Shown here: piece by piece, positions 10,566 through 21,041 of the stretch
How the letters are laid out: every line of letters starts with the position of its first letter
Numbering within the stretch: position 1 is the stretch's first letter
Virus record (IMG/VR): IMGVR_UViG_3300028048_000043
Length of the DNA: 64,000 bases
Source of the DNA: a virus
Taxonomy: Duplodnaviria; Heunggongvirae; Uroviricota; Caudoviricetes
Reading direction: 5' to 3' (one strand)
Notes under the pieces: generated by a model
What the model saw: the letters and a program-made list of their open reading frames with translations, nothing else
What the model was told of the DNA's origin: nothing
Database searches by the model: none
Translations under genes and position numbers: made by a program

Positions 10566-11385
10566 TACTTGAAAATACTTCTAATCTTCTGGAAAAATCC
10601 AGGTTTCTTTTCTATTGTCGGATCGACAAGGAATGAACCAACCTCAATCGGAACAGGAACAGCGTTTCCATCTTCATCACCACCCTCAAACTCAACATAC
10701 CCAGTTGAGTTGTTTTTCACCTTATAAGTCTTCAGAATGGCTACAAGATCTTCGGATGTTTTTGGAATTTCAATCACAGTAGCGGGAGAAACACCTTTCT
10801 TTTCCTTATACTGCTCAATCATCTTATCTAGTGTCAAGTCGCAGAATTCGTCAACCCAGTCACCAAGAAAATAAAACCTGTCTGAAACATTAGAGTTATT
10901 CTTAAACACACCGAAGAGAATAGGATCCTTATCGCGGCGTTCCTTCTCAACCTTTCTTTCTTCACGACCTGTATAGTCTGTAAAAATTACATAGAATTCA
11001 TCGAAGATTGGTTTAGTTTTTTCAACAGTTTCAACCAACTCATCCGGAATCTCTCTCATATAACGAGAGAGTTCGACAATTTTTACGGCTTTGTCCGCTA
11101 CACTTTCAATGTAATCTTCAATAACGTCCTTATACACGAAAGTGTCAATGCCAAGCTCGATTAGTTTTTCCTCCTTCACTAGAGTGTCTGCAAGGAAGCA
11201 AAGTTTCTTCAAGGATTCGACCTGACCAAGTTTCTGATATTTCTCAGCCAAAGTTATAAATGCGGCGTAAGATTCTTTGAGAGCTTCTGTAGTAATCTTG
11301 TTTTAGCTCCCTTTAGATAATCAAAATACTGGCTCGGTGTGATAACCTGAGCATCTTTTTTTGCGTTGTCTTTAACTTTTGCCAT
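10565..11385 (-). pseudogene. Hypothetical phage protein split by a 1-nt frameshift near 11302
   Basis: ATG 11385 gives MAKVKDNAKKDAQVITPSQYFDYLKGAK; the -1 frame continues NKITTEALKESYAAFITLAEKYQ into ORF 10565..11251. Confidence 0.6.
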
Positions 11386-11409
11386 ATATTTTATCAATTT
11401 TGTTCACGA

Positions 11410-11423
11410 TGCAAATATACGGA
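11410..11423 (-). promoter_or_regulatory. Bacteroidota sigma-A-type promoter
   Basis: TCCGTATATTTGCA, 24 nt before ATG 11385. Confidence 0.7.
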
Positions 11424-11445
11424 AAGTTTTTTATATATAAAACAA

Positions 11446-11470
11446 TAAAGACCGATTGACTCGGTCTTTA
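11446..11470 (-). terminator. Intrinsic terminator after portal
   Basis: TAAAGACCGA-TTGAC-TCGGTCTTTA hairpin. Confidence 0.75.
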
Positions 11471-11474
11471 AATT

Positions 11475-13283
11475 TTATACTTCCGGGGATGGTGCTTCTG
11501 GGGCTGGTTCTGGGGCTGGTTCAGGTGCTGGTGCTTCCGTTCCTCCGCCAAGGTCTAATCCGCCACCGCCCATGTCGGCTCCGCCAAGGTCTAATCCACC
11601 ACCGCCCATGTCGGCTCCTCCCATATCGATTCCTCCTGCCGCACCTTCAGGTGGCGTTGCATTTTGCTGTTTCCTTTGCTTTTCGAGTAATTCTTTTTCT
11701 TCGTCGGCTTTCATCTTTTCATTGAGCTTCCAATCATCATCTGTGAAATTGAGATATCTCTGAACGAGGAACCTTGTACTGAACACGTCTTCACCGTTTC
11801 TGTTTTTAATCCCAGATAATGTCTGTATGATTCCGGCACCTGCGTTCAGATTGGCGGCTTCCTTTGCTAGTCTGAAAACATTCTCTTCGGTAAATGTAAG
11901 ACCTATAGCATTTTTTAGAACATTGTTTCCGGCAAACTCTGGGTGGTGGATACAGAATTGCAACCAGGTTGGCTTGATGAGCACTTCTTTGAAGATTCCG
12001 CGAATTCTATCAATAAACAAAGAATAACGATATTCTTCTTTTGTCATTGTGCTGTTATCCGGAATTACAGAAGTTTCCGCACCATCAAAGATCATATTGA
12101 ATCTGTCCTTTGGGAGCCTGGTTTCAATAATGAATCTTTGCCAGAACCATTTAAGCGGTTCCGTTGAATTCATATCATGTCCTTCTATACCGATTTCACC
12201 TATCTCTGTCTGCGTCCCGTCCTTTGATGGGAACACCATCGTTTTTGCAAAAGAGAATTTTGGCTGTCCGTTGACCGTTATTTCTCCGGACATGTTATCA
12301 ATATTGATATCCTCTTTATAGTATGCTTCAAGCTCGCGAAGTCTTGTCTTTGCAACTTGCTCAGAAGACGAACCAATTGGAACAACAATTTTCACTCTCT
12401 TTTGAGCATTCTGTATGTTCCAGATTATTCTTGAATTTTCAAGAGTTCTTAACATATTAAATGCCCTTATGAGTCTTTCACAATATGAGAAGTGAGATAC
12501 GAAATTATTCTTAGCCCAGGAAATATAAATGATATTTGTATCTAGAAGCTCTCTTTCCTTTTCCTTATCACCCTTGTTTACAATCCATACCTTATATTCG
12601 TTTCCGTCTGTATCTACTCTGATTTCAGGAACAACCGTTATAGGATCGATTTCCTTAAACCCAATAATATCTTTTGCGTTTCCAGTCTTGTTGTCGCTGT
12701 ATATGATTTCAAAACAGAGGAATCCGTCTATAAGTAGCTTCTTTACATAATGCCATGCATCATTTGATTCATTAAAATGAAACATATGATAAACGCGCCT
12801 AAAAGAACCATTTAAGTCGTCTACAATTTCTTTTCCGTTTTCAGCTTTTAGAATACTTTTAAGGGCTTTTGTATTTGGATACGCAAAATAATGCATGTCA
12901 TCATTTACAATAACCGAGTCGGCTATAGTCTCTATCACATAATCGATTTCGGATTGCAACGCAAACTTTCTAAGAAAATCTCGTCTCATTCGATAAGTTT
13001 GGTCATAATACGCAATAAACTGATTGTTGCCAGCGATAGATTGGTGTGCTCTTGTGTATAAATCCTCACCGAGCATCATCGACATGTTTACGCCTCCGTT
13101 CCTCATCTGGTCTTCATAACCAAGGTCAACATCTGTTCTGATGTTCTTTATGAGGTTGCTATTCCATTTTATACCTAACGCGCTAAGGTTTATTAGGTTT
13201 TTCTCCAATGAACGTCTTCCACTACGACCAGTATATACTTCCGATCCTGTGTTGACAGTTTTCAAAATGTATTTTTTAGCCAT
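11475..13283 (-). CDS. Portal protein (T4 gp20-like)
   Basis: EIDYVIETIAD, LLIDGFLCFE, LIRAFNMLRTLENSRIIW, FPSKDG.QTEI, FTEENVF resemble gp20 motifs; Gly/Pro-rich tail. Confidence 0.85.
   Translation of the reverse strand: MAKKYILKTVNTGSEVYTGRSGRRSLEKNLINLSALGIKWNSNLIKNIRTDVDLGYEDQMRNGGVNMSMMLGEDLYTRAHQSIAGNNQFIAYYDQTYRMRRDFLRKFALQSEIDYVIETIADSVIVNDDMHYFAYPNTKALKSILKAENGKEIVDDLNGSFRRVYHMFHFNESNDAWHYVKKLLIDGFLCFEIIYSDNKTGNAKDIIGFKEIDPITVVPEIRVDTDGNEYKVWIVNKGDKEKERELLDTNIIYISWAKNNFVSHFSYCERLIRAFNMLRTLENSRIIWNIQNAQKRVKIVVPIGSSSEQVAKTRLRELEAYYKEDINIDNMSGEITVNGQPKFSFAKTMVFPSKDGTQTEIGEIGIEGHDMNSTEPLKWFWQRFIIETRLPKDRFNMIFDGAETSVIPDNSTMTKEEYRYSLFIDRIRGIFKEVLIKPTWLQFCIHHPEFAGNNVLKNAIGLTFTEENVFRLAKEAANLNAGAGIIQTLSGIKNRNGEDVFSTRFLVQRYLNFTDDDWKLNEKMKADEEKELLEKQRKQQNATPPEGAAGGIDMGGADMGGGGLDLGGADMGGGGLDLGGGTEAPAPEPAPEPAPEAPSPEV
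11480..11626 (-). repeat. Low-complexity repeats in portal tail (GGADMGGGGLDLG x2; PAPE x3)
   Basis: 39-bp and 12-bp near-tandem repeats. Confidence 0.85.
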
Positions 13284-13304
13284 TTATGCGTATATTCCAT
13301 TTAT

Positions 13305-13973
13305 CTATTTATTTGATTGAACATTAGACTTAATTACGCCTTCAACCTGCAACTTAGCCAGATTTATTCCTCTTACTGAGTCTTTAAAGTTTAAAAATGG
13401 AATATATTTCCACATGTCCATCTCTATCAATCTTGATCGAAATATGTTTTTAACCTTGTATACTCTGAGTGCTTGATTCAAGTCAAATTTTATTTTTGAC
13501 TGTTTTAATAAATCAAAAAATCCTCTCAAAAGATTTGAACTCTGAAGAACAGTTGCCAATTTTTCATTTATCCTAAAATCTTCAGACGATTCATCCTTGT
13601 AAAAGTCTCTATAACTTTCCACAAGAACATCAAGAAATTCCGCCCTGACATCGTTTGGAAGGAGGTTCATGTTTAATCCAAACAGTGCATCAGGTGTAAA
13701 TTTTGTACAAAATATCAACGGTGCCCTATCATAAAACTCTCCTTCTTTTGATTCTTCTATGTCCTTTGACACATAGATGAATGTATAAAACATTGTAGGG
13801 ACGAACCTTGCCGGTGAACGGGATTCCATATCCATTCCAGATAGAGTTCTTTGCTTGGCAGCCCCCATTTTATTGTCCCTTAACAAATCGTTGACCAAAA
13901 CATCAAACGCCTCCTTTTCGAAAGATGTTGGATTATCGTTATACAATTCCCTATAATAATGTTTATTGTCCAT
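13305..13973 (-). CDS. DNA end protector-like protein (T4 gp2-like)
   Basis: MFYTFIY...FYDRAPLIF...LFGLNMNLLP..RAEFLD pattern; adjacent to gp4-like gene. Confidence 0.65.
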   Translation of the reverse strand: MDNKHYYRELYNDNPTSFEKEAFDVLVNDLLRDNKMGAAKQRTLSGMDMESRSPARFVPTMFYTFIYVSKDIEESKEGEFYDRAPLIFCTKFTPDALFGLNMNLLPNDVRAEFLDVLVESYRDFYKDESSEDFRINEKLATVLQSSNLLRGFFDLLKQSKIKFDLNQALRVYKVKNIFRSRLIEMDMWKYIPFLNFKDSVRGINLAKLQVEGVIKSNVQSNK

Positions 13974-14555
13974 TTAAATTATCCCTAATTTTTGTAGCGT
14001 TATTTCGGTATAAACTTTAAATTCGAAACCATGCAAGTTACACCATTTTATAGCAGAGTCCCATTTTTGCTTGTTTGTCGCGTACGTTTTTGCTGAATTT
14101 ACATACCTTTTCTGCTCATTGAGCTTTGCTGTAGATGGAGGAGGTATGGGTCGTTCAGTTTGATAAAAAGGTTTAATTTCTATCAGCAGACGCCTTTCTC
14201 CAGATTCAGCATCATCATCCCTAATCTTTAAATAGAAATCAGGATAATAGTTATTGATTGGCCAATTCAATGGATTCATTGGATCTGCTCCAACTTTCCG
14301 GCACTCTTCAAAATTGATTGCGCTTGGGTTTCTATACTGTATTGCAACGGGTTCCCCTCCCCACTCGATTACACCTGGATTATCATCACACCACCTTGCA
14401 AAAGCGAGTTCCCATCCAGATCTATACACAATCTGACCCCCGACAACCTTTTCTGGATGACGGGGGACATATATTCCCTGGTGAGGTTTGCCGGAATCTT
14501 TATCTAGAACCGGCTTCGGTGGATGAAGTTTCTTATAAGCTGCTATATCAGCCAT
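13974..14555 (-). CDS. Head completion nuclease (T4 gp4-like, TnsA-like PD-(D/E)xK fold)
   Basis: YRSGWE..F..WCD, YYPDF, LIEIKP, N..KW..A..WC. Confidence 0.85.
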   Translation of the reverse strand: MADIAAYKKLHPPKPVLDKDSGKPHQGIYVPRHPEKVVGGQIVYRSGWELAFARWCDDNPGVIEWGGEPVAIQYRNPSAINFEECRKVGADPMNPLNWPINNYYPDFYLKIRDDDAESGERRLLIEIKPFYQTERPIPPPSTAKLNEQKRYVNSAKTYATNKQKWDSAIKWCNLHGFEFKVYTEITLQKLGII

Positions 14556-15013
14556 TACCTGCCTAATTTCATTTCCTCAATTTTTATTCGACTTCCGATT
14601 GCATATATAATACCATCTATTGTTTTTATGGTATTATCCATGTAATTCATCTGAGATTCGATTAAATCTATGATGTATTTATCCTGAGATAACCTTGATT
14701 CGATCTGGTCACGAATTGTTCCTTCTGTTGTGTACATAAAGGTTGTAGCCCCCGGTGCAGTCTTCATCGGGCGAAGTTCATTATATATCGCCGCATACCT
14801 TTCCTTGTAAGCTTTTGTTTGCTTTGCAAGAATATTCGCAAGCGTATGATAATTTTCAACTGCTTCCTGACGTCTTGTGTAAATCTCAGATTGCAAATCT
14901 ACAATTTTAACTACGTCTTTTAAGCATTTTGTCATTTCTTCTGTCCAAGAAACCCAATATGCCCTACGTTCGTCAAATTTAGATTCAAGAGTTTCTATGT
15001 TATTTTGTTCCAT
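14555..15013 (-). CDS. uvsY: UvsY-like recombination mediator
   Basis: 152-aa helical protein ending IKTIDGIIYAIGSRIKIEE, coupled to UvsX. Confidence 0.6.
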   Translation of the reverse strand: MEQNNIETLESKFDERRAYWVSWTEEMTKCLKDVVKIVDLQSEIYTRRQEAVENYHTLANILAKQTKAYKERYAAIYNELRPMKTAPGATTFMYTTEGTIRDQIESRLSQDKYIIDLIESQMNYMDNTIKTIDGIIYAIGSRIKIEEMKLGR

Positions 15014-16239
15014 TACTCTCCTGCGTCTACAAGATCTTCAACATCAGCCATAGTATCGCTCGCTGGAAGTTCAAAATTAGGACGGATTACATCATCATCC
15101 AATTTATGAAGTAGCTCGTCAGTTAAAACCTTTGGTGTGAACAAATCTGCTACTGGAACTTCTTTGTGTAGATGGCTTACAACTATTTTTCTTGATGTTT
15201 CTTTTTGTCTGGCGTAACAAAGAACTCCGTTTTCATCCGCCATTTCGTAACATTTTACTTTTTCTGATTCTGGAAGTTTATCGTATTCTTTTTGAGATAT
15301 CATTTCTCCTCGAACTATGCCTGAATTTTCCCATGTCAAATATTTTTCCAAACCTACATAAGGGTTCGGCGAACGGAAGAATGGAATCCAGAATTGAACT
15401 CGCTGTGGGATCGTAAACCTTGATTTTTGCGGGGTCGCTGTAACTATAACACCTGTTTTTGTAGGATCAACCCCTCTCTTTTCAGCTTCTTTGTCAGACT
15501 CTTTGTCATCGAGCTTAGCCGTTGTAAGAAGCATTGTCAAAGATGCACCATAGTTAATTCCGGCACCACCACTCACAATAGTTTTTGCAAACAAATCCTG
15601 TGTCCTATAAATGTGACTACAGACAATCATTGGTGCCTGTGCTCGGCTTAACGCAGTCATATTGGTTCGGAAGAGAGCTTTAATTTCCTGTTGCTTGGTC
15701 ATATCTCTTTTCTGATTCGCAGCAATAGTATCATTAAGCTCTTTATCGGACGTTAGGTTTCCGAGAGAGTCAAGAACAAATATAACTTTTGGTCTTTCAC
15801 TTTCAGGTTTCTCGTTTATCTGCTTTAGCAGATTTGCCATAAACGTGCTGACTTCCGATATTGTCGTTACTTGTTTTATGACGAAATTTGATGTATCACA
15901 TCCAAGCCTTGCGACAAAATCTACATCAATTGCTCCTTCGGAATCCATGTATACAGGAGTGTATCCTTTCTTTTGGGCTTCTCTACAGATTGACACAGCC
16001 AAAAAAGATTTTCCTGTACCTGGATCTCCTGCAAGAGTCAAAACCCTTCCAGTTGGAACACCTTTAAAAAGACTTCCGGTCATACATGCGTTTAGCATAT
16101 AATTTCCAGTGTTAATATAATCCTTGATGACAGCCATCTTACTGTCTGCCAGAATTTCTGCCGAATTGTCAAATGATTTTATTAAATCAAATGCACTAGT
16201 TCCCTTTCCGGATGACTCTGTACTACTTTTCTTTGCCAT
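15013..16239 (-). CDS. uvsX: RecA-like recombinase (UvsX)
   Basis: INTGNYMLN, Walker A GDPGTGKS, DSEGA, VLDSLGNL, SGGAGINY. Confidence 0.92.
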   Translation of the reverse strand: MAKKSSTESSGKGTSAFDLIKSFDNSAEILADSKMAVIKDYINTGNYMLNACMTGSLFKGVPTGRVLTLAGDPGTGKSFLAVSICREAQKKGYTPVYMDSEGAIDVDFVARLGCDTSNFVIKQVTTISEVSTFMANLLKQINEKPESERPKVIFVLDSLGNLTSDKELNDTIAANQKRDMTKQQEIKALFRTNMTALSRAQAPMIVCSHIYRTQDLFAKTIVSGGAGINYGASLTMLLTTAKLDDKESDKEAEKRGVDPTKTGVIVTATPQKSRFTIPQRVQFWIPFFRSPNPYVGLEKYLTWENSGIVRGEMISQKEYDKLPESEKVKCYEMADENGVLCYARQKETSRKIVVSHLHKEVPVADLFTPKVLTDELLHKLDDDVIRPNFELPASDTMADVEDLVDAGE

Positions 16240-16270
16240 TTTATTTTTCTTTACTTTTCTTTACTCTTTT

Positions 16271-16567
16271 TTATTCTTCTCCTTTAATCTCGACAAAATT
16301 CTTTTTCAAAAATGCTCTCCAATCTTCTCTACCTAAATCATAATAGTTGAATACATCGTCGTTTGTTGATTTGTTCAATCTATCGTCGGCTCTATCGTCT
16401 TTCGGAATCAAAGATACTTTCAAAGTTCCTCTAGCTATTCTCGTGTGTCCGTTCTTTTTCTTATATACAAAAGAAACTACGCCACTTTTCAAAAGACGTT
16501 TAAGTTTTGATAACTCGGATTTTCTTTTCTTAGTTACTTCTTTCTCGTCAAGATGTTCAGAGTTCAT
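16271..16567 (-). CDS. SH3 beta-barrel (WYL_2/DUF2693-like) protein
   Basis: VVSFVYKKKNGHTRIARGTL...YYDLGREDWRAF. Confidence 0.75.
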   Translation of the reverse strand: MNSEHLDEKEVTKKRKSELSKLKRLLKSGVVSFVYKKKNGHTRIARGTLKVSLIPKDDRADDRLNKSTNDDVFNYYDLGREDWRAFLKKNFVEIKGEE

Positions 16568-16570
16568 TTT

Positions 16571-16584
16571 TGCAAATATACTGA
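16571..16584 (-). promoter_or_regulatory. Bacteroidota sigma-A-type promoter of uvsX operon
   Basis: TCAGTATATTTGCA just before ATG 16567. Confidence 0.75.
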
Positions 16585-16658
16585 ATTTTTTATATTTATC
16601 GAAATTATACCAACTTTAAACTACTTAAATAAATAATAAAACTTCACATTAACTTATA

Positions 16659-17021
16659 ATGGCTGAACAGGAAAGAACAACAAAACTTAAAGCTCTCGGT
16701 AACTCGTTTTCTGTAAAATCGTTTATATCTGATTTACCAAGACTAATAAACAATGCTTTGTCAACGATTGTAAACGTGTTGCTATCATTTTATACTCCGA
16801 CATCGGATTCTAAAGGTAACATACATGACATAAACAGATTAGAGTGTACATACATCGATGCTGTGACTGTTAATGCAAGAAATCTTATTATAACTACAGC
16901 AAACGGTGAAAAAGTTAATTATGCTGATTTGGCAACAAAAATCTCAAAACTTGAGTCAGATCTATCTAAGATAAAAGCGATAACCAAAGAACAAATTCAA
17001 GAAATATACGATAGCGAATAA
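16659..17021 (+). CDS. Hypothetical virion protein
   Basis: 120-aa ORF after ATAAATA at 16629-16635. Confidence 0.65.
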   Translation: MAEQERTTKLKALGNSFSVKSFISDLPRLINNALSTIVNVLLSFYTPTSDSKGNIHDINRLECTYIDAVTVNARNLIITTANGEKVNYADLATKISKLESDLSKIKAITKEQIQEIYDSE

Positions 17022-17023
17022 TC

Positions 17024-18583
17024 ATGGCAACGAACAAAAACTTACGAACACCAATTATAAAACCAAGAGTTCAGGGCGGGACGTTCTATACGTTTGGATC
17101 CGCTATGGAGGACATCGGTCTAAACATAAACGATACTATAAACAAAATATCGCTATCACATTATGTTCTTCTTGATATTCCAAGTTTTGACAAGGCATTA
17201 CTAAAAGATAGCAGCACATATGAAGGAACAAACAATCCAGGAGATCAGCTTTTTGCGGAATATTTGCAGAACGGCATATTAAATATGGAAACCGTTGTAA
17301 GAAACGCCGACGGCTATAACTATTCAGCAGAAAAAACCGTTTCAGAAAGAGCGTTCTGGAAATTTATATTCGACACATTTAAACCAAGCGGAGAATCTCA
17401 ATTTGATAGCAGCGGAAATTATTTGAAAGAAGCAACAAACGCTGAATATAAACCTATCGCAAAATGTATGGGTAAGATTTCAGCCGGTTCTCAAAGATCC
17501 GATGAATATGGAATCTATAACGAAACATTTGTGCAGATACCGTCATCATATGGTCTTGTTCCAATTCTATTCAAAAAAGTTAACGACGAGAACTACAAAC
17601 AAGGAAAGACCTACACTTCCACAAATACAGAAAATCTTTATATAGAAGGAGTTGATCCTGACACAGAATTGACAGGAGATTATCTAAAGAGTACAGGAAT
17701 AAACGCTGTGGCGCATTACGATTCGTCTGCAAACAAATCTTACTCTGTCGGACTCAACGAAAATCTTGAGGTCGAATTCGACACGGCCGCCTATGGCGCG
17801 GAAACGTTTGATGACCTCGCTATCGGTGATGCAGTGTCAGACGACAGTAAAGACTTCACATTCAATGCTGTATTGGTGTATTATTCTGTTTATGACACAA
17901 ACTCAAATGCAACTTTGGCTACAAACGCGTTCGGTCTTTATATTCTTGATAATTCAAAAATATCGGAGATTGACAACAAATACAAGTTTAACAGCTTGAA
18001 TAAGAGAAAGGGAAACGCTTCGCAGATAGGAAATTCTTTCTCTTTCAGACTTAACATAAAACCGTCTTCAGCATACAACGGAGACGTTGTCGTCAACGAC
18101 AACTCGACATCAACGTTTGCGGAATCAACAGACTTTAACGACATCATAAGAAATATGTCTGCTGCTGTAACCGCTCTTAAATCAAATGCTAGACTTCTTT
18201 ATAAGATCTCATCAGATAATGACACCATTAAAGAATTTGCTTTGAGCACAATATCAAGGGTAGATGACGTCGAACAGGATGTAGCGACGTTAAAGGCTGG
18301 AAAATCTTTATCGTTCGACACACTTTATCAAAGAGAGGTGAATCCATCTGGCAATGTATATACAGATCTTGATTCGCAAACAGCTGAAAACATTCTCAAT
18401 AAAATATCGGTCAAGGTTAGCGATGAAAACAACATAGACGGCATCGTTATCAGCACGGACGGATTATCTGAAACGGATAGAGTTTTAGCGGAATCTCTTC
18501 TTCACATTGATTCATCAGGAAAAGAATGTTACGACATCGGAAGAGTTCTTGCACTGATCATAGCAAAACTCAAAAGTCTATAA
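17024..18583 (+). CDS. Putative virion structural protein
   Basis: 519 aa, beta-rich with C-terminal coiled coil; late operon. Confidence 0.55.
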   Translation: MATNKNLRTPIIKPRVQGGTFYTFGSAMEDIGLNINDTINKISLSHYVLLDIPSFDKALLKDSSTYEGTNNPGDQLFAEYLQNGILNMETVVRNADGYNYSAEKTVSERAFWKFIFDTFKPSGESQFDSSGNYLKEATNAEYKPIAKCMGKISAGSQRSDEYGIYNETFVQIPSSYGLVPILFKKVNDENYKQGKTYTSTNTENLYIEGVDPDTELTGDYLKSTGINAVAHYDSSANKSYSVGLNENLEVEFDTAAYGAETFDDLAIGDAVSDDSKDFTFNAVLVYYSVYDTNSNATLATNAFGLYILDNSKISEIDNKYKFNSLNKRKGNASQIGNSFSFRLNIKPSSAYNGDVVVNDNSTSTFAESTDFNDIIRNMSAAVTALKSNARLLYKISSDNDTIKEFALSTISRVDDVEQDVATLKAGKSLSFDTLYQREVNPSGNVYTDLDSQTAENILNKISVKVSDENNIDGIVISTDGLSETDRVLAESLLHIDSSGKECYDIGRVLALIIAKLKSL

Positions 18584-18584
18584 G

Positions 18585-18608
18585 AAAATCCGGAGAAATC
18601 CGGATTTT
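18585..18608 (+). terminator. Intrinsic terminator
   Basis: AAAATCCGGA-GAAA-TCCGGATTTT followed by T tract. Confidence 0.8.
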
Positions 18609-18656
18609 TCGTTTTTGTTAACATTCAAATAAATACACTAAAGGAAAATTCGTAAA

Positions 18657-21029
18657 ATGGCGAATCTTAATTCATACGAGGAAAACCTCAAGCAACTTAC
18701 AAAGAATTCAAAAGATATACTTGAAATAGCTGAAGCTATTAACGAAACGTTTGTCGGAAACGAAGAATCCGTTATATATGGAGATAACATTATTCTTCCG
18801 TCATTAGCAAACGTGTCAAAACGTTTGAAGAAAGCGGAAGATACAATAGCTACGTTTGTGCGTGGTCATGGTATCGTTGAAACCGACGACGGAACATATA
18901 GAAAAATAAAAGTTAACACCTTATCAAGACCGGCCGACGACGTTACCGGTTTGGTCCCTGTTAGCAAATTCTCTATAAATCCAAACTGGTTCTTTGAATT
19001 GCTTCAGTATCCAAGATGTGTCGTAAAAATCGATCTAACGAAAAAGATTGAAGATGATTCCGATAGGGTATATGTAAACAGAATCATTATAGATGCAAAC
19101 CAGGCAAGATTGACAGATGATGTTAAAACATATCTGCTAGGAACAAGCGACACATACGGGGAACTCATAGAATATCTAAACAACAAACAGGTTGCATATA
19201 AGGAAGATAGAGACGAGGTAAAACTTCCATTAACATATGAGAAATTCAAAGGAGAATTTTCTGTTATAGGAACAAGTCTTATAAGCACGCCTACAGGCAT
19301 TAGCAGAATAAAATATTTCCTTAACACGATAAACTATTCTACTGTTACAGAAGACGGAATTGCTGAAGAATCCGGAAACGTTCTAAATGTTGGAGATCTT
19401 TTAAGATTCAACAACACCCTTTTTTCTATTAAAGAAATCGATCAAAGAGAAAAGAGTGTCGTGCTTGATTACAGCGTAGGATATGAAACTCTCGGCGTCG
19501 GCGATATCGTTGAATTTTATAATGAACCGTTTTCTGAGAAAGTTATAAGCGTAGGCATAGGTGCAAACGAAATAGACATAGTGTATGTCAAAGGTGTAAA
19601 CGAAAATTACAACGTGCTTTCGAGAGAATGGTCAAATCCTATAGCATTCTATACAAATGATTTAGTATTTGAAGACGATGATCAGAAGAATTTCATAACA
19701 TACTACACCGAGAATGTGGCAGACTTCGGGAAGGATTTGATAGGACAGATAAAGGAAGGAAGAATTTCTTCATATCTTGCTCCAAAACCAAACGCGCCAA
19801 CGCTTATAAAAGATGATTTAAGGGTTGTTCAGATAAACACTCAACTTGAGACGACGATTGATAGTGATAGATACAATTCTCTTACATCTGAAATAGCATC
19901 TGTTAAATCAAACATATCGTCTGTTCGTTCCACTATATCCGCTAACAAAGATAAGCTTTTGAAGGAAACCTCTGAAACAATCAGAACGACTATTCAAAAC
20001 ACAATAAACGCAGACACGGATAAAGTCAATAACCTTACAACTCAATTCAGCTCACTCGTTGACGAATTGAGCACTCTCCTTAACGACGCCGGTGCAATCA
20101 ATTATACACCAAAATATCATGTTCGAGGTTTCTTCACAATACCTGAGCCAAAATATGTTGTAGATACAGAGACTACAAAAGCAGGAAAACAACAGATTAT
20201 TGGTTTTGAAACGATGTACAGGTATCTGCACACGAATGAAACTGGCGCAGCTTTAAACACGTTTAACTATCGCACAAACGATACGTCTACAGGTATTATA
20301 ATGACTGGTGTTTTCACAGATTGGAATTTGAGTGTATCGCCGTTCCTTGAAAAATATTATGACGAGGAAAACGACTCATATGTGTGGAACGAGGAAAGAG
20401 TTGACGGGACACATGTTGTAATAAACCAGATCGATATTCCATTGAGAAGCGGAGAGAAAGTTGAAATAAAGGTGCGTTCTATTTCAGAAGCAGGGTATCC
20501 ATATAACCCTGTTAAATCTGATTGGAGTAACTCAGTTATCATTGAATTCCCAGACAATCTCACAAGCGACGACTCTGTTACAACAATTCTTGAAACGGTT
20601 AAAAGTGACATGACAGCTGTTGTTCTCCAGGAGACGTTGTCTTCTGCCGGTGTTTATACGCATCTTGCAGACAGCAACTCACAATACAAACACAGCGCAG
20701 AAAACATAGAATACACAGAAACAGTTACAGACGCAAGCGGAAACTCTACCGTAGAAACAATGTCTCTCGCAGATAAGGTTAGATCGCTCGCAAAGATGCT
20801 TGAAACAAAATATGACGATCTCCCTGCGGCTGAAATAGAAATACCAGATATTGAAGATAGTAGCACCGGAAAGAGGATCACCTCTAAAAAATATATTGTA
20901 AGGGCTAACATAAAGAACATGAGCAAGGAAGATAAATCTGCGTTCGATTCTAATGTTAAAGATGTTGCAACGAGTGCACTCCAGAAGATAAAAAAAGCAT
21001 TTGACGACAGCTCAATAATCATAAAATAA
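18657..21029 (+). CDS. Putative virion structural protein (coiled coil plus FN3-like end)
   Basis: 790 aa after ATAAATA 18629-18635; VEIKVRSISEAGYP...SDWSN FN3-like motif. Confidence 0.55.
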   Translation: MANLNSYEENLKQLTKNSKDILEIAEAINETFVGNEESVIYGDNIILPSLANVSKRLKKAEDTIATFVRGHGIVETDDGTYRKIKVNTLSRPADDVTGLVPVSKFSINPNWFFELLQYPRCVVKIDLTKKIEDDSDRVYVNRIIIDANQARLTDDVKTYLLGTSDTYGELIEYLNNKQVAYKEDRDEVKLPLTYEKFKGEFSVIGTSLISTPTGISRIKYFLNTINYSTVTEDGIAEESGNVLNVGDLLRFNNTLFSIKEIDQREKSVVLDYSVGYETLGVGDIVEFYNEPFSEKVISVGIGANEIDIVYVKGVNENYNVLSREWSNPIAFYTNDLVFEDDDQKNFITYYTENVADFGKDLIGQIKEGRISSYLAPKPNAPTLIKDDLRVVQINTQLETTIDSDRYNSLTSEIASVKSNISSVRSTISANKDKLLKETSETIRTTIQNTINADTDKVNNLTTQFSSLVDELSTLLNDAGAINYTPKYHVRGFFTIPEPKYVVDTETTKAGKQQIIGFETMYRYLHTNETGAALNTFNYRTNDTSTGIIMTGVFTDWNLSVSPFLEKYYDEENDSYVWNEERVDGTHVVINQIDIPLRSGEKVEIKVRSISEAGYPYNPVKSDWSNSVIIEFPDNLTSDDSVTTILETVKSDMTAVVLQETLSSAGVYTHLADSNSQYKHSAENIEYTETVTDASGNSTVETMSLADKVRSLAKMLETKYDDLPAAEIEIPDIEDSSTGKRITSKKYIVRANIKNMSKEDKSAFDSNVKDVATSALQKIKKAFDDSSIIIK

Positions 21030-21041
21030 TGATTTATACCA

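Noticed and set aside
11308-11314. A-AAG-GGA slippery heptamer explaining the frameshift
   Set aside because: A -1 shift there meets TAA two codons later, so it cannot yield the fusion
13974-14555. TnsA-like nuclease as sign of a Tn7 transposon
   Set aside because: Context (gp2-like, portal) and motifs fit T4 gp4 head completion protein; no TnsB/C
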